Origin: Candidatus Bathyarchaeum sp.
Lineage (GTDB): Archaea > Thermoproteota > Bathyarchaeia > Bathyarchaeales > Bathyarchaeaceae
DNA length: 64,000 bases
Assembly (NCBI GenBank): GCA_026014565.1
Contig: JAOZIB010000026.1
Location: 13,829-77,828 of the forward strand
Reading direction: 5' to 3'
Below, piece after piece: positions 58,344 to 64,000 of this stretch. A program made the position numbers and the translations under genes. Position 1 is the stretch's first letter. The number at the start of each line of letters is the position of its first letter. The notes below the pieces were generated by a model. The model saw nothing but the letters and a program-made list of their open reading frames with translations, was not told the origin of the DNA and did not search any database.

Positions 58344-58949
58344 TCATCTTACTCTAAAGTTCACGCCCATTGTTTGTGCCTGTTCTTTGACCTTTTTCAT
58401 ATTCACTTCGGGAACAGATACAGCAGTTACTTCAGTTTCCATGACATTTTTTGCTTTTTCAATAAACTCTAGGACGCTTTCATATGCATCATCAAACTCG
58501 GGCTTGCAAATTTTGTTATAAGTTTGTTTGTCCTGAGCGTTTAAACTAACATTTACCCGGTCTACCCCTGCAGTCTTTAACTCAGTTATTACTTCTCTTC
58601 CATTGTTTAACAAATAGCCCTGACCGTTGGTGTTAACTCTAACGGGTATCTGCTGATTCCTTTTTATCCACCTGGTTACTTCCAAAACAACATCCAAGCG
58701 TTCTAAGGGCTCACCAAATCCACAAAATACAATTTCGATCCAGTTCTTTCTGGGCAAAACTTTTTTCAAATCTTCAATAATTTCTTTTGGTGTTGGCTCT
58801 TTTTGCAGGTTCAAATAAAACCCGTTAAGTCCATCCTTAAATTGTCTCACACAAAAACAGCAATTATTAGAGCACTTGGTAGTGATATTCAAATACAAGT
58901 TATTTCCAAGCCAATAAACAATGCTCGGTTTTTTATCAGACGTTGACAT
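58344..58949 (-). CDS. Small radical SAM protein (about 200 aa)
   Basis: YLNITTKCSNNCCFCVRQF carries CxxxCxxC. FCGFGEPL is also present. It may be the TatD-associated radical SAM family, but that is recollection only. Confidence 0.7.
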   Translation of the reverse strand: MSTSDKKPSIVYWLGNNLYLNITTKCSNNCCFCVRQFKDGLNGFYLNLQKEPTPKEIIEDLKKVLPRKNWIEIVFCGFGEPLERLDVVLEVTRWIKRNQQIPVRVNTNGQGYLLNNGREVITELKTAGVDRVNVSLNAQDKQTYNKICKPEFDDAYESVLEFIEKAKNVMETEVTAVSVPEVNMKKVKEQAQTMGVNFRVR

Positions 58950-59053
58950 TTAGTTTTAGATGTACCAACGGAGATTCTTGAATTTTTCTTCATATTCCAC
59001 CCAGTTTTGGCAATGAAAAAAATAAAAAATGAGAAGGGACAAGATACTAGAAA

Positions 59054-59374
59054 TTAGTATCTTCGGCATCCGATGAACATACATGCTACAAAGCTTGCTG
59101 CAAAAGGGACACTAGTTATGGCTGCGATGATTCCTAAGGGTGTGATTACTCCCATGAATTCTGTGACACCTGCAGATATTGTGTCTAGGTTTAAGTCTAG
59201 GTTTCCGGTTCTCCAAAACACAATGACTACAATGGCGACGACTACCAAGGTTAGGGTCATGCCCGAGATTTTTCGAAACATTTGGCCTACAAAATATCCG
59301 GCGATTCCGCCGATTGCCAGCATCAATATTTGGGGATTGTTAGTTCGTGCATTTTTGTTCCACATCATGTGCAC
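59054..59374 (-). CDS. Small membrane protein (FUN14-like?)
   Basis: 106 aa with three hydrophobic segments and a Gly-rich first helix, LAIGGIAGYFVG. The antisense track ORF 59073..59381 is less protein-like. Confidence 0.45.
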   Translation of the reverse strand: MHMMWNKNARTNNPQILMLAIGGIAGYFVGQMFRKISGMTLTLVVVAIVVIVFWRTGNLDLNLDTISAGVTEFMGVITPLGIIAAITSVPFAASFVACMFIGCRRY

Positions 59375-59833
59375 AGATTAACTGTTGTGTCAACCGTTTC
59401 TGCAGATGAAACGCCTTGTTATCTGCTTGTTAGTTCTTCGTATTGATTTTTTGTATACACCGTAATTATGAATTCAGAGTACATATGCACATTTCATAAT
59501 TCCTTTTTATTAAAACGGCTGACTGGCACTTCGGAGTTCAAAATGAACGCAAAAATTCGAGAAATGCAAAAAAAACTTGCAGACATTCAAAAAGAAGCAA
59601 AAGAGATTAAGACCCTTCGCTCAGACATACGACGTGTCAAGCAATTCAACAAAATGATTGTTAAACACCAAGTAGACTAATTTGCTCTACTTGTTTCAGT
59701 TTTGGATGATTTTTCGTTTCTGCAACTGCAGTTTCATCCAATTTCTTTAATCTGTTCTACAGTTAGGCATATTTTTACATACAAGCTAGTTTTTGTGGGC
59801 AAACTTTTATTTCAGAACAGAACCTAGGGTTAC

Positions 59834-59948
59834 TTGGTGGGCGATGACGATTTTTGACCCACTGAATCGTGATTGAGATCTTGAGAAAAGGGGAAAACCA
59901 AAAGTTTTTGGTTAGTCCCGTTTCAAGAGTGCGTGAGCCCACCACCAA
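59834..59948 (+). ncRNA. Candidate structured sRNA closed by a box C/D-like (K-turn) motif
   Basis: The terminal stem is GGTGGGC(59836-42)/GCCCACC(59937-43). Directly inside it are ATGACGA (59844-50, one mismatch to RUGAUGA) and GTGA (59933-36, CUGA-like). Internal CTGA lies at 59862-65 and GTGATTGA at 59869-76. There is an inner hairpin AACCAAAA/TTTTGGTT (59896-59912). A TATA-like TTTTATTT lies at 59805-12, about 25 nt upstream, and a T6 run at 59955-60 downstream. It is longer than typical archaeal C/D sRNAs. Confidence 0.35.
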
Positions 59949-60106
59949 AATCTTGTTTTTTGTGGGTTTGTGTCTCTTTGTGTTGTGCATGATTACATTT
60001 AGCTGAAGTGTAGTACATATATGCAGTATTATGTCAAAAATCGTAATATATAGTTAAATGTGAAAACAGTATCAGTAATCAACAACGGAAAACAGGTGTG
60101 TAGTGG

Positions 60107-60427
60107 TTGACAGAAGAAAAAATAAAAAGAATACTCACAAACGAAAAACTCTCCTCAATAAAAGCAGCTCTGGAAAAAGACCATGCAATTGACTGCATCT
60201 TTCTTTTAAAACTAGAAAACGGCAGATGGAAAAACGCAAAGGCCTTCATGAAAGACCAAAACCTCACCCTAAGCGACGGCACATTCCGTTCAAGAATGAT
60301 GGAACTAGAAAGCCTAGGCATAGCAGAAAGCGTAGCCATCGACCCACTAAAGAAGTATTACGTGATTACAGACCTAGGAAACAAAGTAGCCGACCTTCTT
60401 TTGGGACTCTTTGACGAATTAGAATAA
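60107..60427 (+). CDS. Small winged-helix DNA-binding protein
   Basis: 106 aa with a TTG start. LTLSDGTFRSRMMELESLGIAESVAIDPLKKYYVITDLG resembles a recognition helix plus wing (PadR/ArsR-like). Confidence 0.5.
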   Translation: MTEEKIKRILTNEKLSSIKAALEKDHAIDCIFLLKLENGRWKNAKAFMKDQNLTLSDGTFRSRMMELESLGIAESVAIDPLKKYYVITDLGNKVADLLLGLFDELE

Positions 60428-60568
60428 AGCGTTATTTTTAATGTGCCATTTAAGGCTCATTTTTAGTTAAATTTTTTTGGTTTAGTAATATGTTGTATTA
60501 AGTCGTAAGATTTAAATCTACTATCTACCTAGTTCAGTCTGTAACAAAAACAGGAGGGAAAGAAAAAA

Positions 60569-61039
60569 ATGAAAAGACTCCTAAAAAATAAAAAAGCTCT
60601 AAGCCCAGTAGTCGCAGCAATCATCTTGATCGCCGTAACAGTAGCAGTATCCATCGCAGTCGCAGCATGGATGGGCTCACTAACCATCGGATTCATGGAA
60701 ACAGCAGAAGTAACAATTACTAATGTTGAATTCATCAGTCCAGTAGGAACAGCCGATGATTGGATTGAAGTTACACTCATCAACACAGGTACTAGTGACG
60801 CCACTGTCAATGGAGCAAAAGTAAATGGAGATACTTACGATATCGCACCAGAAAATTCTGCGGATGGTTCAACACTTGAAGCCGGAGGCAACTCAATCAC
60901 ATTTATAGTTGACAGCGACGACGTAGAAGAATTTAATGACGGCAGCAAATACAGCATCAGCATTTACGGAACTGATGGTTCATTGCTATCCTCTAACACA
61001 GTTACAGCTTCAGTCAAACAACTGACAACAACAACTTAG
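60569..61039 (+). CDS. Archaeal type IV pilin-like protein with class III signal peptide
   Basis: MKRLLKNKKA|LSPVVAAIILIAVTVAVSIAVAAW has a basic leader, a KKA/L prepilin-peptidase-type site and a hydrophobic helix, as in the archaeal Pilin_N pattern. GGAGGGA lies upstream. Confidence 0.75.
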   Translation: MKRLLKNKKALSPVVAAIILIAVTVAVSIAVAAWMGSLTIGFMETAEVTITNVEFISPVGTADDWIEVTLINTGTSDATVNGAKVNGDTYDIAPENSADGSTLEAGGNSITFIVDSDDVEEFNDGSKYSISIYGTDGSLLSSNTVTASVKQLTTTT

Positions 61040-61122
61040 GCTTTGAATCAGGAACTTTCAACTTGAATTTGGGTTGGCTTTGCCGCCCTTTTTTCCTTAT
61101 CTTTGGAGGTATAAATAACAAA

Positions 61123-61548
61123 ATGGTAGTAGAATTAAAAGAATATGAATCCGCAGTCGACATAGCAAAGGCTATGGACGATGACATTTCAAAAACTAAA
61201 AGTGTACTAGGTGAATACCTACGCAGACTTGATTCCATACGGAACTTGGCCGAGAGATCAAAAAAGATACGAGAAGTAGTCTTCAAGCTCGCTGGCAAAA
61301 AGGCAGCCCAAGAAAGTCTGGGCGAAATGACCGTTGGGGACTTGAGCGTAATCCTAGATGCTAACCCATTCCATGAACTAACAGCCATCGAGCAAGTAGT
61401 TCGCAGTCAACAAGACAGACTCTTGGTGCTCCAAAAAGCACGAGAAGCACTGAACTGGGTTGACCAAATCGGGGACACTGAAGGACTCAAGTACATAGTG
61501 CTAGAAAGCGACGGGGTTCCAGAACAAATACTGCTAAAGATCTCTTAG
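61123..61548 (+). CDS. Hypothetical helical/coiled-coil protein (141 aa)
   Basis: The likely start is ATG 61123, with GGAGGT 13 nt upstream. The track start at 61063 adds a hydrophobic non-genic leader. No family was recognised. It is the first gene of a three-gene unit with the two Roadblock-like genes. Confidence 0.5.
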   Translation: MVVELKEYESAVDIAKAMDDDISKTKSVLGEYLRRLDSIRNLAERSKKIREVVFKLAGKKAAQESLGEMTVGDLSVILDANPFHELTAIEQVVRSQQDRLLVLQKAREALNWVDQIGDTEGLKYIVLESDGVPEQILLKIS

Positions 61549-61569
61549 ATCGGGCAGGAGTTGTAAAAA

Positions 61570-62322
61570 ATGAACAGGGACCCATACGCTACAGCATTAA
61601 ACAACGCTTTAACTGAGATTCAAAAAGCGTACCCTGACATCACTCACTCTTTCATTTGTAGTGAAGACGGTTCAATAATTGCTGGGGAAACAGAAAACGA
61701 CCCCAAACTATTGAACAAAGTGTCAGACTCTTTTGAAGAACTAAAAACAAATGCAAAAACAATCGGTAACATAACAAGTTATTCAGTTAACTGCGAAAAA
61801 GGCAAACTAAACATGTCAAACGTTAATGGCATGTACCTCATGTTGGCAACAAATGGCAATGCTGATGATGCTCAAATTTATTCCTTAAGTCATGTGGTTA
61901 TTCCACCACTGATGAGAACTTTGCAATCCTTTGCGGGTCAAACAAGTGCTCCAAGAACACCAGAAAATGGACCAGTAAACGCTCAAACTAACTTTGGAAA
62001 CATTCAAACTAATGCTGCCATGCACCTCCAAACACAAGCAATAATGAACCTAATAGTAAACCCCTTGAGTGGCTTCTTTGACGGCGACGCAGTTCAAGTG
62101 GACAAAAAAACACTAGACGACTGGAGTGACATCGAAGCAGATGGAGAAGAAATCCAACAAGTCAAAATCGAAACAATCGAAGGAAAATCAACAATATGCC
62201 AAGTAAAAAAGATCACTGTTGGAAACATGAAAAGCAAAGGCTTTATTCGGATGCCAGCAAAAATCTGCAGCGCACTTAACCTCAAAGGCGGCGACAGGGT
62301 AAACGTCTCACCGAATCTGTAG
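61570..62322 (+). CDS. Roadblock/LC7 (MglB)-like domain + low-complexity linker + C-terminal AbrB/SpoVT-like domain
   Basis: The N-terminal 100 aa or so (LTEIQKAYPDITHSFICSEDGSIIAG..GKLNMSNVNGMYLMLATNGN) fit the Roadblock alpha-beta-alpha pattern. The C-terminus KGFIRMPAKICSALNLKGGDRVNVSP fits the AbrB swapped-hairpin pattern. By eye only. Confidence 0.5.
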   Translation: MNRDPYATALNNALTEIQKAYPDITHSFICSEDGSIIAGETENDPKLLNKVSDSFEELKTNAKTIGNITSYSVNCEKGKLNMSNVNGMYLMLATNGNADDAQIYSLSHVVIPPLMRTLQSFAGQTSAPRTPENGPVNAQTNFGNIQTNAAMHLQTQAIMNLIVNPLSGFFDGDAVQVDKKTLDDWSDIEADGEEIQQVKIETIEGKSTICQVKKITVGNMKSKGFIRMPAKICSALNLKGGDRVNVSPNL

Positions 62323-62333
62323 AAGGTGTTTGT

Positions 62334-62684
62334 ATGCTAGCAAAAAACATTAGAATGGAAAAAATTGATGACTTGCTAGGAAAACTGCAAGACCTCAAAA
62401 AACAAGAAGGAGTAATCGGCTACATCATACGTGGACCAGAAACAGCAGCCATCGACATAAAAGACCCAACAAAAATCATTGAGTATGCATCTTTGTCTTC
62501 TACTGCGTTCGAAGTAAGCAACGACATCGCAAAAACCATGGAAACTGGCGAAGTAAACGACTTGGTTGTTGAAAGCGAAAACACCAAACTCTTGTGCATG
62601 ATTGTTAAAAATCATCGCGTGAGTGTATTCATGGAAAAAAATGTCAAGCACGATAAGGTTTGTAATGACCTGAAAAGTTCCTAA
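62334..62684 (+). CDS. Roadblock/LC7 (MglB)-like protein
   Basis: 116 aa. IDDLLGKLQDLKKQEGVIGYIIRGPETAAIDI..LVVESENTKLLCMIVKNHRVSVFM fits the Roadblock pattern. It lies 11 nt after the previous gene. Confidence 0.55.
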   Translation: MLAKNIRMEKIDDLLGKLQDLKKQEGVIGYIIRGPETAAIDIKDPTKIIEYASLSSTAFEVSNDIAKTMETGEVNDLVVESENTKLLCMIVKNHRVSVFMEKNVKHDKVCNDLKSS

Positions 62685-62887
62685 CTTTATTTTTTTAAAA
62701 TCATTTTATAACAATTATTTTCCAAGCTGCAACTAGCTTAGCAAGTTTTGCAGGTTTTTTTCCTTTTAAGTTTAGCAAATCACAGTCAATACATGTTTTT
62801 CAGAGATAAACCTAAAAGGAAAACAATAGTAACAGCTCTGCACAAACAACATTGTATGTTCAGGTTCAAAGCAAGGAAGAAGTAAAA

Positions 62888-63724
62888 ATGGGAAAACTGA
62901 AGGGTTTTGCGCAAATAATTCGACCCATAAACTGCATAATGATGGGGTTTGCAGTGATTGTTGGCGCTTCCTTGGTTTCTGAACTCAATTTTAATTGTAA
63001 CTTGCTGTTTGCTTTTGTAACGTCTTTTACTTTAACGGGTGCATCAATGGTAGTAAACGACTACTATGACCGTAAAATCGACGCCATAAATGAGCCAAAT
63101 CGCCCAATTCCCCGAGGAGATGTTTCACCAAAACAAGCATTAGTTTACGCGTTGGTTTTGACCATTATCGGATTTGTGGCAGCTTACCTAACTAACATGT
63201 CAAGTCTTGTCGTCGCAGTTGTAGCATCCATTATCTCAATAGCTTACATAACCAAAGGAAAAGGAACTGGACTTCCAGGAAATTTTTTGGTCAGTGCAAC
63301 AGTGGTTATTCCCTTTATTTATGGAGGATTAGCAGTAGGAGAGCTTCAAACGTCCACATTATTGTTTGTGGCCATAGTGTTCTTTTCCAACACAGGACGA
63401 GAAATAACAAAAGGCATAGTCGACGTTGAAGGCGACAGGTCACATAACATCAAAACAGTTGCGGTGGCCTTTGGCGAAAAAACTGCAGCAATAGTAGCGA
63501 CAGCATTTTCTCTTATCGCAGTAGGCTTAAGTCCATTACCTTGGCTGTGGGGCTTAGTCTCGGATTGGTTTATTCCTGCAGTAATAATTACCGATGTGGG
63601 CCTTGTTGTTTCGGCTATTTGGCTATTAAAAGACTACTCGCGAACGAATGCAAAGAAAATAAAAAATCTGCACTTAACATGGTTTTTAACTGGATTAGTA
63701 GCCTTTGTTATGGGAACAATATAA
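62888..63724 (+). CDS. Digeranylgeranylglyceryl phosphate synthase (UbiA prenyltransferase family)
   Basis: The likely start is MGKLKGFAQIIRP (ATG 62888). NDYYDRKIDAINEPNRPIPRG and GIVDVEGD are the two Asp-rich UbiA motifs in the archaeal DGGGPS context. Confidence 0.82.
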   Translation: MGKLKGFAQIIRPINCIMMGFAVIVGASLVSELNFNCNLLFAFVTSFTLTGASMVVNDYYDRKIDAINEPNRPIPRGDVSPKQALVYALVLTIIGFVAAYLTNMSSLVVAVVASIISIAYITKGKGTGLPGNFLVSATVVIPFIYGGLAVGELQTSTLLFVAIVFFSNTGREITKGIVDVEGDRSHNIKTVAVAFGEKTAAIVATAFSLIAVGLSPLPWLWGLVSDWFIPAVIITDVGLVVSAIWLLKDYSRTNAKKIKNLHLTWFLTGLVAFVMGTI

Positions 63725-63733
63725 AAAAGGGAC

Positions 63734-64000
63734 TTAGCAGATTTTACTTCCTGAAGCAATATCTTTTTCTGGAGAAACTAAAGCGACGTTTCCGTCATCA
63801 TCTTCTGCGGCTAGGATCATACATTGAGATTCGATGCCCATGAGTTTTCTTCGCTGCAAATTGGTAAGAAAGGCAAATTTTTTACCCACGAGCTCAGTGG
63901 GTTCATAATAGTTCAACAAACCTGCAACACATTGCCTTTTTTCAGAACCAAAATCAACAATAAGCTTTAGCAAATTTCGAGAGTCAGGAACAGGTTCTGC
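63734..64000 (-). CDS. tRNA-binding (EMAP/Trbp111/MetRS-C-like) domain protein, partial (5' end beyond window)
   Basis: LLKLIVDFGSEKRQCVAGLLNYYEPTELVGKKFAFLTNLQRRKLMGIESQCMILAA is the OB-fold tRNA_bind pattern. The frame stays open upstream of the track's Met to the window edge. Confidence 0.75.
   Translation of the reverse strand, partial: AEPVPDSRNLLKLIVDFGSEKRQCVAGLLNYYEPTELVGKKFAFLTNLQRRKLMGIESQCMILAAEDDDGNVALVSPEKDIASGSKIC

Noticed and set aside
59775-59990. 71-aa minus-strand track ORF
   Set aside because: It overlaps the stem/K-turn-like element and has no protein-like features or ribosome-binding site.
1-64000. Search for CRISPR arrays, tRNA/rRNA genes, transposases/integrases, prophage or classical defence-system genes
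   Set aside because: I saw no regularly spaced direct repeats, no GGTTCGAATCC-type T-arm consensus, no rRNA-like segments and no DDE/tyrosine-recombinase or nuclease/helicase defence signatures in any ORF. This was a by-eye search only. tRNAscan-SE, Infernal and a defence-system HMM scan should confirm it.

Overview
Archaeal chromosomal window, roughly 38-40% G+C by eye. Archaeal markers are DGGGP synthase, ApgM, a class III signal-peptide pilin and AbrB-PhoU/NikR-type regulators. I recognised no rRNA, tRNA, CRISPR array, transposase or integrase. Gene content in order: (1) 1-9.1 kb holds an anaerobic (early cobalt insertion) cobalamin operon: a HemA-CbiX-CbiC triple fusion, then cbiD-E-T-L-F-G-H. 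It diverges from a partial CobQ/CbiA-like amidotransferase whose domains appear in reversed order. (2) 9.1-22.2 kb is a tightly coupled 8-gene minus-strand operon. It combines a ChlI/ChlD-type AAA+/vWA protein, a 995-aa lipid-anchored protein made of three tandem BtuF/FepB-like binding domains, a BtuC/BtuD-like importer, CobN, CbiZ and an ABC-2 exporter. (3) 22.7-24.3 kb holds two winged-helix regulators. Next come a 1.4-kb gene-poor spacer, nikR, an MBL-fold protein and an NrdG-like radical SAM activase. These are followed by a histidine-kinase remnant, cbiB and a second stand-alone cobN paralogue. (4) 34-41 kb holds housekeeping and transport genes: EamA, AbrB-PhoU, a CPA2 antiporter and USPs. 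(5) 41-52.3 kb is an operon in exact complex I order (A-B-CD-H-I-J-K-L-M-N, no E/F/G). Its fused C-D subunit keeps both [NiFe]-hydrogenase CxxC ligand motifs and a HycE-like C-terminal tail. The operon ends with an FrhB/FpoF-like flavo-FeS protein fused to a CBS pair. (6) 52.8-64 kb holds surE, acylphosphatase, MscS, apgM, a small radical SAM protein, a pilin next to a coiled-coil/Roadblock-AbrB/Roadblock trio, DGGGP synthase and a partial tRNA-binding-domain protein. Main hunt results: (a) a hydrogenase with complex I architecture. (b) A class I chelatase embedded in a corrinoid/tetrapyrrole uptake operon with a triple binding protein. (c) A 17-bp palindrome (TTGGAWGG-N3-WRTCCAW) in four promoters of the B12-related genes, including the promoter of an adjacent wHTH gene, suggesting a protein-based B12/metal regulon. 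(d) Two GC-rich structured intergenic elements that look like ncRNAs. (e) Several unusual gene fusions. All function calls rest on motif recognition by eye. No database search was run.
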